DNA of 41,947 nt from a virus (lineage: Duplodnaviria > Caudoviricetes): positions 1 to 41,947 of the IMG/VR virus record IMGVR_UViG_3300024254_000015; one strand, given 5' to 3'. Shown here in pieces: positions 1-8,980 of the stretch. Within the stretch, counting starts at the first letter, position 1, and each line of letters opens with the position of its first letter. A program made the position numbers and the translations under genes. The notes below the pieces were generated by a model that saw only the letters and a program-made list of their open reading frames with translations, did no database searches and had not been told where the DNA came from.

Positions 1-6
1 TGCTGC

Positions 7-132
7 GGTGGGACGACCATCGACATCACGCCCAAGCCGGCTCCTCCGGGCTTCTCCAACAATTCTGGCAACATCCGCTCGACGGCTCCGGGCAATTATA
101 ACGGCTTTGCGACCTACGACACACCGCAGCAA
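7..132 (+). repeat. 126-bp terminal direct repeat (copy 1); circular-assembly overlap
   Basis: 7-132 is identical to 41822-41947 (GGTGGGACGACC...ACACCGCAGCAA), and a reading frame continues across the join. Confidence 0.95.
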
Positions 133-1380
133 GGAGCCGCCGCGCACTTCCAGAACTATCAAGCCTATGTGAAGGAAAATCCCAATATCACGGTTGGCGA
201 GGCGATCAACAAGTGGTCGCCCGCCTCCGATAACAACAACCCTAACGCCATCATTGCACGCATCCAACAAGAAGCGAATATCGATCCCAGAACGCCTCTG
301 GCTGCGGTGCTAAGCAATCCAGAAGCGGCGGCCAAGATGCTGCAGACGCAGACGATGATTGAAAAGGGCGGATTGCCGCAAGGCTTCACTCCGCAGGTCT
401 TTGCCCAAGCGGTTGCTCCAAGCGGTACGCCCAACCCGCAGGCGCAGGGCGGCCCCGATGTGCCGCCATCAACGGTGCAGACGCCTTCTGCGATGTCGCA
501 ACCGCCCGAGGTGCCACAGCCCAGATTGGCACCGGAGCGAATCCGACAGATTCAAGGAATGGTCTCCAGTGGCGCGCTGACGGGAGAACAGGCAGTTCAG
601 TTGGCTCACAAGGAGATCAGCGAGCAGTGGGCGGCTGACCGACAGCGAGCGTTGGCAGTTTGGCAGGATCAGCAGCAGAGCAAGCGCATTCTGGAAACAG
701 GCGAGCAAAGGGTCAGGCAAGAAGGCCCGATGACGATGATCAAGGATCGCGTCAGCAACTACGAGACGAAGATTCGTCCTGGTGCGATGGCTGCGGTGAA
801 CGATCTCGCCTCGATCAATCAGACGCGGCAGGTGCTGGATGCAGGTGCCTTCACTGGCACGGGCGCAGAAGCCAAGACACTGGCAGCCAAGGTGGGCGAA
901 CAGCTCGGCATCCCATCCGATCAGGCACAGAACACGCAGGTATTGGGGGCCGTGCTGGCTAAGCGCGTGCTAGCGGGTGCGGGTGGTACACTGGGGACAG
1001 GCTTCTCTAACGCTGACCGCGACTTCATGGAGAAGGCGCAGGGCGGTCAGATCACCATGGACGAGGGGGCCTTGCGTCGTCTGTTGGACATTGGCGAGAA
1101 GCAGTCGCGTCAGACGCTGAAGAACCACGACATCGAAGCCGGACGTCTGATGAAGCTGCCGGGAGTGGCGCAGTTGGGAGGTGAACAGTTCCAGCTTCCA
1201 CAGGCTCCGACCTATGAGGAGTTTAACAAGGCCAATCCTCTGGCTCCGTTGCAGACTGGATCGGCTGCGCCACAGGGACAGGCCCCGCAGGGTGGCTATA
1301 GCGAAGGACAGACCGCGACCAATCCGCAGACCAAGGAGAAGTTGATTTTCCGTGGTGGGAAGTGGGTCCCCGGTGGCTGA
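133..1380 (+). CDS. 3' part of an internal virion/ejection protein (full gene = 41378..41947 + 133..1380, ~605 aa) with an NNxGNIR-type lysozyme-like domain
   Basis: Frame from ATG 41378 runs without a stop into 133 and the listed 169..1380 ORF. Motif NNSGNIR..FATYDTPQQG..TVGEAINKWSPASDNN; position after nozzle/GNAT/pilot genes. Confidence 0.75.
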   Translation, partial: GAAAHFQNYQAYVKENPNITVGEAINKWSPASDNNNPNAIIARIQQEANIDPRTPLAAVLSNPEAAAKMLQTQTMIEKGGLPQGFTPQVFAQAVAPSGTPNPQAQGGPDVPPSTVQTPSAMSQPPEVPQPRLAPERIRQIQGMVSSGALTGEQAVQLAHKEISEQWAADRQRALAVWQDQQQSKRILETGEQRVRQEGPMTMIKDRVSNYETKIRPGAMAAVNDLASINQTRQVLDAGAFTGTGAEAKTLAAKVGEQLGIPSDQAQNTQVLGAVLAKRVLAGAGGTLGTGFSNADRDFMEKAQGGQITMDEGALRRLLDIGEKQSRQTLKNHDIEAGRLMKLPGVAQLGGEQFQLPQAPTYEEFNKANPLAPLQTGSAAPQGQAPQGGYSEGQTATNPQTKEKLIFRGGKWVPGG

Positions 1381-3016
1381 CCAACTTCCCGCTGGCTTCG
1401 TTCTGGACAAACCTGCAGCCGGATTGCCGGAAGGCTTTGTGCTGGATCAGCCGGGAATTGGCGACAAGATCAATGAGGGTGTCGCCCTTCTCGGTACGCA
1501 GTTCACCAAAGGTATCAACCAGCTTGCCGGCGCGCCTTCTGACCTTCAGGCATTGGGTCAGAAGGGTGTCGATTACGTTCTGAGCAAAGTGACAGGGCAT
1601 CAGTTTAACACGCCTGCGCCGACGATGCCGGGAAGTGCGGACCTGAACAAAGCGGTATTTGAGGGCGCGGGCGTTCCCGAGCGGAATTTCGCAGACATCA
1701 AGGCGCTGGGGCCGCATGTCGGCAAGGTGATTGATGCCAGTTTGCAGGCGGTTCCGGGCGGCATTCTGACTAAAGCGCTTCTCCCGACTGTCACTTCTGG
1801 CGCGGGTTCCGAAGTGGCAGGACAGGCAACAGCGGGAACGCCCTATGAGATTCCGGCCCGTCTGTTTGGCGCGGTGGCTGGGCAGCGTGTGGGGCAGACG
1901 GCAGTTACGCCATTGCCCGCACGGCTGACACCTGAGCAGACGCGAATGGTTGGGCTTGCCGACCAACTGCAAATCCCCATGACAGTCGGACAGGAGACGG
2001 GGCGGCTGCGCGGGGTTGAGTCGGCCTTGGCGCGCTTTCCTACTTCAGCGGGGCAGTTCGCCAATGCAGGAGAACGGCAGTCGCTGGGCATCAATCGGGC
2101 GGCCCTGGACACGGCGGAGGCTCCCGCAGGACTGACGCGGGTTGATCCCAACTCCATGGATCAACTCTTTAAAGCCAAGAATGCCGAATTCAACGCGGCT
2201 AAATCCGCCATGGGACCAGTTGAGCTTACGCCTCAGTTTTACAATCAAGCGCAGCAGGGAGTTGGAAACTATCTGGCGAACAATCCCACGGCGACTCTTG
2301 TACCGGCCGTGGAAGCCCATATGGCGAGCTTCTTTGATCGGCAATTGGCCCCTCGAGCCGGGCAAAGCGTTCCAACGCTGAGTGGCGAACAGTATCAGCA
2401 ATTCCGCAAGAGCGTGAACGATGCTGCGATGGAGATGAAAGATCCCGCTGCGCGCAAAGCACTTCAGGGCATTCGCACTGCCTTGGATGATGCTGCTACA
2501 GCGTCATCTACGCCTCAAGCAGCAGCGGCCTTTGCAAAAGCACGCGAGAACTGGGGCAATCTCAAGACGATTGCCAAGGCAGCGGCCGGCGGAACGATAG
2601 AGGGTCGGGGTGCCGGAAACCTGACTCCGGGCGCGCTTGTGAGCGCGGTACGCCAGCGGCAGGGACCGGATGTCTTCTCGAGGACGGAAGGCGGCCTTAA
2701 CGATGTCTCGCGTCTGGCAGGCTACCTCTCGGATACGCGCCCCAACAGCGGAACGCCTCAGACCCTGATGATGCAGAACCTTCTCAGCGGCGGCGCTTTG
2801 CTGGGCGGTGGTGGGGCAGGATTTCTTGCGGGCGGGCTTCCCGGTGCAGCGGCAGCGGGTGTCGGCTTAGCCACGCCCAATATTCTTGCCCGCGCTCTCA
2901 CTGGATCGAAGGGAGCTGGCTGGCTGCGTGATTATCTGGCCAACCAGAAGATGGCGGACACGACAATGAAAGATCGACTTGTGCAGGCCCTGATAGGGGC
3001 AGGAGCGGGACGCTAA
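1373..3016 (+). CDS. Internal virion/DNA ejection protein
   Basis: GTG 1373 overlaps the upstream stop; Ala/Gly-rich helical protein; N-terminal tandem LPxGFVLDxP repeats; C-terminal hydrophobic Gly-rich stretch; podovirus synteny. Confidence 0.65.
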   Translation: MADQLPAGFVLDKPAAGLPEGFVLDQPGIGDKINEGVALLGTQFTKGINQLAGAPSDLQALGQKGVDYVLSKVTGHQFNTPAPTMPGSADLNKAVFEGAGVPERNFADIKALGPHVGKVIDASLQAVPGGILTKALLPTVTSGAGSEVAGQATAGTPYEIPARLFGAVAGQRVGQTAVTPLPARLTPEQTRMVGLADQLQIPMTVGQETGRLRGVESALARFPTSAGQFANAGERQSLGINRAALDTAEAPAGLTRVDPNSMDQLFKAKNAEFNAAKSAMGPVELTPQFYNQAQQGVGNYLANNPTATLVPAVEAHMASFFDRQLAPRAGQSVPTLSGEQYQQFRKSVNDAAMEMKDPAARKALQGIRTALDDAATASSTPQAAAAFAKARENWGNLKTIAKAAAGGTIEGRGAGNLTPGALVSAVRQRQGPDVFSRTEGGLNDVSRLAGYLSDTRPNSGTPQTLMMQNLLSGGALLGGGGAGFLAGGLPGAAAAGVGLATPNILARALTGSKGAGWLRDYLANQKMADTTMKDRLVQALIGAGAGR

Positions 3017-4086
3017 TGCCTTTCAATGGTTCCGGCGTTTACAGTTTCCCCAGCCTTCCCGGCTCGTTCAATCCTGCCATCTCAGGACAGCAGGCCACGC
3101 CCGCCGACTGGAACACGCTTGCGGCTGACATAACGGCCAACGGACTGAGCAACGTCATCTGCAAGGATGGCCAGACGGTCATCACCGCGAATATCCCGCT
3201 TGCTGGCTTCAAGCTCACCGGCGTGGGTAGTGGTACGGCTCAGACAGATGCGGTCAACGTCAGCCAGTTGCAGAGCGGGGCGGGCGTCTATGCCGCCGAT
3301 ACCGGCGCAGTCAACGTCATCACCCTGGCTCCCTCTCCGGTCATCACGGCCTATGCTGTGGGGCAACTGTTCCGCTTCAAGGCCAACCATACCAACACCA
3401 TCGCGGGCGTGACAGCCGCAGTGAGTGGATTGACGGCGGGCTCGGTTGTCTGGCCGGACGGCTCGGCGCTGATCGCGGGCGACATCGTTATTGGCGGGCA
3501 GTACCAGATTGCTATATCGGCCGTGGCGGTCGGTGTTCCAACCTTCCACCTCCAGACACCTCCGCAGATCTTCGCGACGCAAGCACAGGCGAACAATACC
3601 ACGGCGGTGGCGACTACGGCCTATGTCGATCGCGTGGCCGTGCAGCAGGTGCAGAAGCTGGTAACGGGTGCGGTGGCGACGGGCACGACGACGACTCCGG
3701 TTGACGACACGCCTCCGCAGAAGACCGAGGGCGACGAGTATATGACTCTCGCCATTACGCCCAAGAGTGCGACCAGCAAGCTTGTATTCGAGATCGTCTG
3801 GAACGGTGCCAACTCCCTGCCGGGCGGTAACACCTTGGTCTGTGCCTTGTTTCAGGACACATCGAACGATGCGCTCGCGGCCGTTCCCATGTTCTTTGGC
3901 ACCGACGTCATGGCGCAGATTGCCCTTAACTTCGAGATGACGAGCGGCACCACCAGCGCCACGACGTTCAAGGTCAGGGTCGGCGCGGGGGCGGCAAGCA
4001 CCACGACATTCAACGGCGTCAGCGGCGGTCGTTTGCTGGGCGGTGTCCTCGCTTCCAGCATCATCATCACGGAGATCGGGATATGA
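3016..4086 (+). CDS. Tail fibre / tail-fibre anchor protein
   Basis: MPFNGSGVYS..PAISG..ADWN N-terminus typical of podovirus fibre anchors; DAVNVSQL and NNTTAVATTAYV fibre motifs. Confidence 0.7.
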   Translation: MPFNGSGVYSFPSLPGSFNPAISGQQATPADWNTLAADITANGLSNVICKDGQTVITANIPLAGFKLTGVGSGTAQTDAVNVSQLQSGAGVYAADTGAVNVITLAPSPVITAYAVGQLFRFKANHTNTIAGVTAAVSGLTAGSVVWPDGSALIAGDIVIGGQYQIAISAVAVGVPTFHLQTPPQIFATQAQANNTTAVATTAYVDRVAVQQVQKLVTGAVATGTTTTPVDDTPPQKTEGDEYMTLAITPKSATSKLVFEIVWNGANSLPGGNTLVCALFQDTSNDALAAVPMFFGTDVMAQIALNFEMTSGTTSATTFKVRVGAGAASTTTFNGVSGGRLLGGVLASSIIITEIGI

Positions 4087-4277
4087 GCGAGACCATCTGC
4101 AATCCACAAACGCTGATGTACAACGGTGCGCCGGTGAGCGATGCCAATCCTCTCCCGTGCAGTTCGGCAGCGGCGACGAGTGCGCCGATCTCTACTGCAC
4201 TGCTCAACCCGGTGACGTGGCTCTACAACGGTGCTCTGGTGAGCGACAGCAACCCCATTCCGATCACGCTCGTGTAA
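4083..4277 (+). CDS. 64-aa virion accessory protein built from two NPxTxxYNGAxVSDxNPxP repeats
   Basis: ATGA overlap with the upstream gene; internal duplication visible in the translation. Confidence 0.65.
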   Translation: MSETICNPQTLMYNGAPVSDANPLPCSSAAATSAPISTALLNPVTWLYNGALVSDSNPIPITLV

Positions 4278-4286
4278 GGACTTAAC

Positions 4287-5432
4287 ATGCCCAGCACTGA
4301 CCTTCTCAATCCGGTAACGCCGGTTCTCGGTGGGGCCGCGCTCTCGTCTGCCAATGCCATTCCGGTGAAGGTGATTAGCGGTGGTGGATCGGGCATTACC
4401 GTCGATACCACGACCATCACCGGCGGCACGACCACGCGGCTGCTGTATGACAATGGAGGCACAGTCGGAGAGACGGCGGCCGTCACTTACGCTTCGGCAA
4501 GCGTCACCTTGGCTCTGTCATCGCTTGCGATCCTTGCCTTTTTATCATCGGCATCGGCGGCCGATCTGGGAATTTCTCGCGTTGCTGCGGGCTCGCTGGC
4601 GGTTGGCACCGGGGCACAGGGAAGCAGCGCCGGCAAGATACTCGCCAGCCAAGCAGCCTTCTCCAATACTGTGACCTTTGGAGATAGCGGAACGTGGGGA
4701 ACCGGCGGTATTACGTTGGGGTCAAATCTCAACTTTGCCGGAACCAATATCGGCAGCGTTGCAAACATTGCCTATTCGGGAGCGCTGACGGGAACCACAG
4801 CGCAGGCGAGTGCCATTGCGATTGGTCCCAACGGTCAAACCACTCCGGTTTTTGCAATCGACGCCTCGGTTGCTTCGGCAGCGGCCGGCCTGAAGATTAC
4901 CGGCGCGGCGGCGGGTGGAACGGTGGCCCTTGTCGCCATCGACAGTGCGGCTGCCACCAACGTTTCCCTTGATGCCAAGGGCACGGGTACGCTTACGCTC
5001 AACGGTACTGCAACCGGCTCCACGATCATCAGCCGCGCCAGCTTTACCAGTGTGGCCACCACTACATTCACAGCAGGCGGCACGATCACCTATGGCGGCG
5101 TTACGTGGGGCAGCGCGGTCACGGGCACCGGCAGCAATGTGCTGGCGACTGCTCCGGCTCTAACTGGCAACGTCACTCTGGTGAGTGCGTCAGCTACCGG
5201 CATCCTGACGGCACAGAATGGTGTGGCCGCCTCGGCATCGGTTGCCACCACTGCGTTACTGTGGAGCAGCACGGCGAGCTTCGGCATCCAGTGGGCGGCC
5301 AATGGCAGCGTTGTTCCGACCATTGCGGCAACGCAGGGCTCTCTGTTCATCAATACCACGGGTTCCAGCACGGCAGCCCGTATCTTCGTCCGGGGCTCTG
5401 CCGCCTGGATTGCCGTCACGACAGCGAGTTAA
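4287..5432 (+). CDS. Ser/Thr/Ala/Gly-rich fibre-like virion protein
   Basis: AAGGA RBS; low-complexity beta-rich 381 aa; C-terminal GSLFINTTG..IFV..W motif seen in fibre proteins. Confidence 0.6.
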   Translation: MPSTDLLNPVTPVLGGAALSSANAIPVKVISGGGSGITVDTTTITGGTTTRLLYDNGGTVGETAAVTYASASVTLALSSLAILAFLSSASAADLGISRVAAGSLAVGTGAQGSSAGKILASQAAFSNTVTFGDSGTWGTGGITLGSNLNFAGTNIGSVANIAYSGALTGTTAQASAIAIGPNGQTTPVFAIDASVASAAAGLKITGAAAGGTVALVAIDSAAATNVSLDAKGTGTLTLNGTATGSTIISRASFTSVATTTFTAGGTITYGGVTWGSAVTGTGSNVLATAPALTGNVTLVSASATGILTAQNGVAASASVATTALLWSSTASFGIQWAANGSVVPTIAATQGSLFINTTGSSTAARIFVRGSAAWIAVTTAS

Positions 5433-5434
5433 CC

Positions 5435-6871
5435 ATGGCTGTTTCCAATATCTTCGCCACGCAGGCGGCGGGGCCTGTTCCTGCCTCCTATCTGGATGTG
5501 GACTTTACGGAATGTGCTTTGCTTTCTGCAGCCAATGTATTTGCCAATACGCAGAACATTACCCCGGCGTCTGGAGATGCTGGGCTTGTTATCACGTTAA
5601 CGGGCGGGGCTGATGTAAAGGCTATTAGCATCATCCAGGATGCCACTGGCACTGCCTCGGTTCCAGAATTAAACAAGATTCTTATCCAATCAGATAACAT
5701 CAACGCTGGAACTGATTTCTGTTCTGGCTTGGTGATTGCTCATCATTTTGGCGGCGCGGCAACACACGGTGGCAGGGAGGCTTTTGCAGCGTATGCCGTC
5801 CTGGATGCGACCACGGCAACCAGCGGAGTCGGAAATAACAATCATCAATATGTTGGCGTGACGGGCGTAGCGGAGGCGGATGCTAACGATACGGGCACTG
5901 ATCCTTCAGCCGCCAATACGTCGGTCGGAGCATTCTTTGGAGCCGGATTTGTTGGTGTCGCGAAGAATGGCGCCACGGCTTTGTCTAATGTCACCGGAGT
6001 TGAATCAAACATTGCAATGCAAACCGGCTCATCCGTATTTGCCAAATCCATTGCACAGTTCTCAGGGCGTACAGACGATGCCGTACAAGGTAGCGGCGTC
6101 GATGCAATGCTGTGGTGTTACAATCAGGCCAATGTGGTCAAGTTCACGGATGGCCTTCGCTTCGACAATAGCGGGGGTGTCGGTTTTTTCCCGTTCGATA
6201 CCAATTCCTATGGCATCCGGTTTACTGGGGGTGGCGGCGATACAATCGGTACGCTGCTCGAGGCATCGGGCATAACGATCTCCACGAACATCATCAATGT
6301 TCCCAACTTTAAGGTGACGGCGGCGGGAGGAATCACGGCGGGCGGCGCGCTGTTCCAGACATCCGGCGATACGGGCCTGGAGATCAAAACGACTGGGGTG
6401 GGTGCGGGGGATTGGGATGTGCAAACCCTGGCAGCGGATGGTTCCTTCCGTATTTTCGACGCGGCGAGCGTCGTTGTTGGGCTTTCCATTGCCAAATCGA
6501 CAGGAGAAGTGACGTTCGCAGCAGGGTCAGCATGGACCTCATACACCCCCACGATTACCTCTGGCACAGGAGCCATCACGACCAAATCCGCCACTGGCCG
6601 TTATAGGACGATCAACAAGACAGTGTTTTTCGAGGCGGAGATCACCATCACTACCAACGGTACGGGGGCAACATCGGTAAACGCCACGCTGCCGTTCACT
6701 TCGGCAAACGCCAAGTATGTCGTAGCGGGCCGGGAATACGCCTCCACGGGCAAGATGCTACAGGGTCTTATCAACAATTCCGGCACCATGCAGATCTACA
6801 ATTACGACAACACCTATCCGGGCGCGGACGGCTTCGGATTGGCCCTATCTGGCACTTACGAACGGGCATGA
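5435..6871 (+). CDS. Tail fibre / receptor-binding protein
   Basis: ATG 5435 follows the stop at 5432; C-terminal WTSYTPT..GRYRTINKTVF..LPFT..SGTYE tip-domain pattern. Confidence 0.7.
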   Translation: MAVSNIFATQAAGPVPASYLDVDFTECALLSAANVFANTQNITPASGDAGLVITLTGGADVKAISIIQDATGTASVPELNKILIQSDNINAGTDFCSGLVIAHHFGGAATHGGREAFAAYAVLDATTATSGVGNNNHQYVGVTGVAEADANDTGTDPSAANTSVGAFFGAGFVGVAKNGATALSNVTGVESNIAMQTGSSVFAKSIAQFSGRTDDAVQGSGVDAMLWCYNQANVVKFTDGLRFDNSGGVGFFPFDTNSYGIRFTGGGGDTIGTLLEASGITISTNIINVPNFKVTAAGGITAGGALFQTSGDTGLEIKTTGVGAGDWDVQTLAADGSFRIFDAASVVVGLSIAKSTGEVTFAAGSAWTSYTPTITSGTGAITTKSATGRYRTINKTVFFEAEITITTNGTGATSVNATLPFTSANAKYVVAGREYASTGKMLQGLINNSGTMQIYNYDNTYPGADGFGLALSGTYERA

Positions 6872-7122
6872 TGGAGGAGATCAGCAAAGCGATGCTGGCG
6901 GCGGGTCCGGGTGGACTCATTGCATCGGTGCTGTTCTTTTTTTATCGCGGAAAGGCCACAGAATTGGATGCGGCAAGGAATAAGATAGACGCCTTGCAGG
7001 CGCAGATCGTCGCCATGTTAACGGCACAGCTGGAGAGCGAACCGGCGAGGCGTGAAACGCTATCCAAGCTGACGCGTTTAGTTGAGGATCAAAGCATTGT
7101 GTTGAAAGGGCTCGTCAAATGA
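6868..7122 (+). CDS. Membrane protein, holin/antiholin candidate
   Basis: One N-terminal hydrophobic segment followed by coiled coil; upstream of the endolysin. Confidence 0.5.
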   Translation: MMEEISKAMLAAGPGGLIASVLFFFYRGKATELDAARNKIDALQAQIVAMLTAQLESEPARRETLSKLTRLVEDQSIVLKGLVK

Positions 7123-7331
7123 CTCCAGATCCGAAGGACAAAAGCCGGGAGATGGATCACGAGATCCAGCGCCTGTCAGAAGCCGTCGATAAGGAGAAAG
7201 CCGAGACAAAGGTGGTCGTCGACGATCTGAAGCTAAAGCTCCGTCATAATCGACTTCTGAACAGCGCCATCCGGGCGACCGTGGGCGTATCAAGCGACCC
7301 CCCCATATTGTTGCCGAACAAGGGCAAATAA
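7119..7331 (+). CDS. Hypothetical protein
   Basis: ATGA-coupled 70-aa ORF. Confidence 0.55.
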   Translation: MTPDPKDKSREMDHEIQRLSEAVDKEKAETKVVVDDLKLKLRHNRLLNSAIRATVGVSSDPPILLPNKGK

Positions 7332-7380
7332 TAACCCCTCGCAAGGCGGCACAGACGCATATCTTGCGTATTAGGTTGCA

Positions 7381-7416
7381 TATCTCCCCTGTGCTAGTAT
7401 GCCGCAAAGGGAGATA
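7381..7416 (+). promoter_or_regulatory. Stem-loop sequestering the RBS of the 7422 membrane gene
   Basis: TATCTCCC (7381-7388) pairs perfectly with GGGAGATA (7409-7416), which contains the SD. Confidence 0.45.
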
Positions 7417-7421
7417 GCCAT

Positions 7422-7676
7422 ATGTGCTTCTCAATCGCCTTCTTCTTCCAACTTATGATCTGGCTGGTCGTAGTTGGCGCGCTCTATGCCATCATTACGA
7501 GGGTTGTTCCGGCGGTGATGGCCAACTTCGGCGGACCGGGTACGCTGCTCGCTCAGGTGATCAACATCGTTCTATATGCAATCCTGCTGATTGCCGTGCT
7601 GTATATCGTCTGGGGGCTGGTTGAATGCCTTCTGGGCTCGGGTGGTCTGCATATGCCGAGGCCGCCGGGTAGATGA
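7422..7676 (+). CDS. Two-TM membrane protein, holin candidate
   Basis: Two long hydrophobic helices, basic C-tail, ATGA-coupled to the endolysin. Confidence 0.6.
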   Translation: MCFSIAFFFQLMIWLVVVGALYAIITRVVPAVMANFGGPGTLLAQVINIVLYAILLIAVLYIVWGLVECLLGSGGLHMPRPPGR

Positions 7677-8098
7677 ACATCTCCGACGCCGGACTGAAGC
7701 TCATCATGGACAGCGAGGGCCTGCGCCTGAAGGCTTACCAGGATTCCGTTGGCGTTTGGACAATCGGCTACGGGCACACAAGGGGCGTTGCCGAGGGGCT
7801 CGAGATCAACGAGGCCGATGCGCGCGACTTGCTGCTTGAGGATGTCAAATCCTCCGAGGACTGCGTGACCGACAACGTGCAAGTCGCGCTGACGCAGGGG
7901 CAGTACGATGCGCTGGTTAGCTTTGTATTTAACCTTGGTTGTGGCGCTCTTCATGGCAGCACACTTCTGCATGAACTTAATGCGGGGAACTATCAGGCAG
8001 CTGCGGAGCAGTTTGGCCGATGGGTTCACGCGGGCAGTGAGATACTGCCGGGACTGGTGACGCGGAGGGCCAATGAAAAGGCTCTATTCCTTAGTTGA
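7673..8098 (+). CDS. Endolysin, GH24 phage lysozyme
   Basis: EGLRLKAYQDSVGVWTIGYGHT (E-x8-D-x5-T catalytic triad), DALVSFVFNLG, GLVTRRANE. Confidence 0.93.
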   Translation: MNISDAGLKLIMDSEGLRLKAYQDSVGVWTIGYGHTRGVAEGLEINEADARDLLLEDVKSSEDCVTDNVQVALTQGQYDALVSFVFNLGCGALHGSTLLHELNAGNYQAAAEQFGRWVHAGSEILPGLVTRRANEKALFLS

Positions 8099-8165
8099 AC
8101 CTCTGCTGGCCCTGAGCGCGGCCCTGCTTGGGATGTGTCTCGGCGCTCTCTACAGGTTCGTCTGA
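8073..8165 (+). CDS. Putative 30-aa hydrophobic peptide (MKRLYSLVEPLLALSAALLGMCLGALYRFV)
   Basis: GGAGG RBS before ATG 8073; its TGA overlaps the next ATG (TGATG); below the ORF-track size cutoff. Confidence 0.4.
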   Translation: MKRLYSLVEPLLALSAALLGMCLGALYRFV

Positions 8166-8365
8166 TGACTGATGAGCAATTCCAAAGGCTGATGGACAAA
8201 TTGGACAGCATCGAGCGGCGTTTGCCGATGCCTCAGTATGTTGGCTATCGGCCTAATCTGATGGTGCAATATAATCCAGCGCAATGCGCTTACTGCGGTG
8301 GTTTCCATGGCGGTGTGATGTGCCCATTGCTCTCGCCGACATGTACGGGGGTCAACCTCACATGA
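8165..8365 (+). CDS. Small hypothetical protein with CxxC..H..C cluster
   Basis: MTDEQFQRL..CAYCGGFHGGVMC; TGATG/ATGA coupling on both sides. Confidence 0.55.
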   Translation: MTDEQFQRLMDKLDSIERRLPMPQYVGYRPNLMVQYNPAQCAYCGGFHGGVMCPLLSPTCTGVNLT

Positions 8366-8369
8366 AGGT

Positions 8370-8454
8370 GCTGCGCCGCCCCGCTTACCAATCACGGACA
8401 CTGACACACTTAAGTCTGTCAGATGGGATTCGAACCCACATCAAGCAGCGCAGC
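8370..8454 (-). ncRNA. Circularly permuted tRNA-mimic RNA (YrlA-like topology)
   Basis: Minus strand: 10-bp closing stem GCTGCGCTGC/GCGGCGCAGC; T-arm GTGGG-TTCGAAT-CCCAT; acceptor-like stem CTGACAGAC/GTGTGTCAG closed by TTAA; U8-G9; D-arm TCCG-TGATTGGTAAG-CGGG. Confidence 0.75.
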
Positions 8455-8460
8455 GCGAGG

Positions 8461-8488
8461 ATTATAGCATGAGCGACTTCATTGCCAA
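8461..8488 (-). promoter_or_regulatory. Sigma70-type promoter for the permuted tRNA-like RNA
   Basis: Minus strand TTGGCA (8488-8483), 16-bp spacer, extended -10 TGcTATAAT (8469-8461); predicted start ~8454 is the first base of the closing stem. Confidence 0.65.
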
Positions 8489-8588
8489 TGCCCGCAAGTG
8501 GGTCAACGATAACTTCGTGTTCTTCTGCTTTCTGACGATTATCGGGATCGTGGTGATAGCGTTCGGCGTGCGCTGGATCAGCCACTAA
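8469..8588 (+). CDS. 39-aa single-TM membrane peptide (MSDFIANARKWVNDNFVFFCFLTIIGIVVIAFGVRWISH)
   Basis: GAGG RBS; stop overlaps the ATG of the i-spanin (TAATG). Confidence 0.55.
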   Translation: MSDFIANARKWVNDNFVFFCFLTIIGIVVIAFGVRWISH

Positions 8589-8980
8589 TGCCGTGGACGG
8601 CGCTCTTTCACTTCGGTCCCTACATCGCCATGGCCATCATGGGGTTGGGTGTGTTCGGACTGTGGGAGATGCACAAGGTCGATGCCGCCAAGCACGAGAA
8701 CGACCAAGCGGTGATACAACAGAACCTGAAGGACCGAGCCAGCAGCGAAAAGCAGATTGGGATTCTTCAGACAAAACTGGAGAACCTAGATGGCAAGACT
8801 CAGCCGATTATCCAACGCATCGTGGCGGCTCCGGTTACGACCGGCTGCGGGCCTTCTGTCGGGGTTGCTGTTGATGGGCTGCGGGAACTCTTTGACAGCA
8901 GTGGCAAGCCGCCCGGACCCGTCGCTGCTAAACCGACAGGAATGCCGACGCCCCTTGGTCCCGTCCGGAACATTAAATGA
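8588..8980 (+). CDS. Inner-membrane spanin (Rz-like)
   Basis: N-terminal TM plus coiled coil, downstream of endolysin, overlapped by a lipoprotein ORF. Confidence 0.75.
   Translation: MPWTALFHFGPYIAMAIMGLGVFGLWEMHKVDAAKHENDQAVIQQNLKDRASSEKQIGILQTKLENLDGKTQPIIQRIVAAPVTTGCGPSVGVAVDGLRELFDSSGKPPGPVAAKPTGMPTPLGPVRNIK

Noticed and set aside
1-132. Terminal repeat as a biological direct terminal repeat; first 10 nt are the reverse complement of 122-131
   Set aside because: The repeat falls in the middle of a structural gene and has the size of an assembler overlap. The six non-matching first bases (TGCTGC) look like a fold-back read-end artefact.
3082-4107. 341-aa minus-strand ORF (and similar long antisense ORFs at 37849-38880 and 26866-27696)
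   Set aside because: Opposite well-supported structural genes; no motifs, typical of high-GC shadow frames
5105-5434. N-terminal extension of the 5435 fibre gene suggesting a programmed frameshift fusion
   Set aside because: No slippery heptamer identified, and ATG 5435 directly follows the upstream stop; a fusion cannot be supported
8370-8454. Canonical tRNA gene, attP tRNA fragment, or two-piece (permuted) tmRNA
   Set aside because: Arms are in permuted order with no anticodon loop or CCA. Both halves plus a promoter are present and no integrase was found. It has a paired D-stem and no tag-reading domain, unlike tmRNA.
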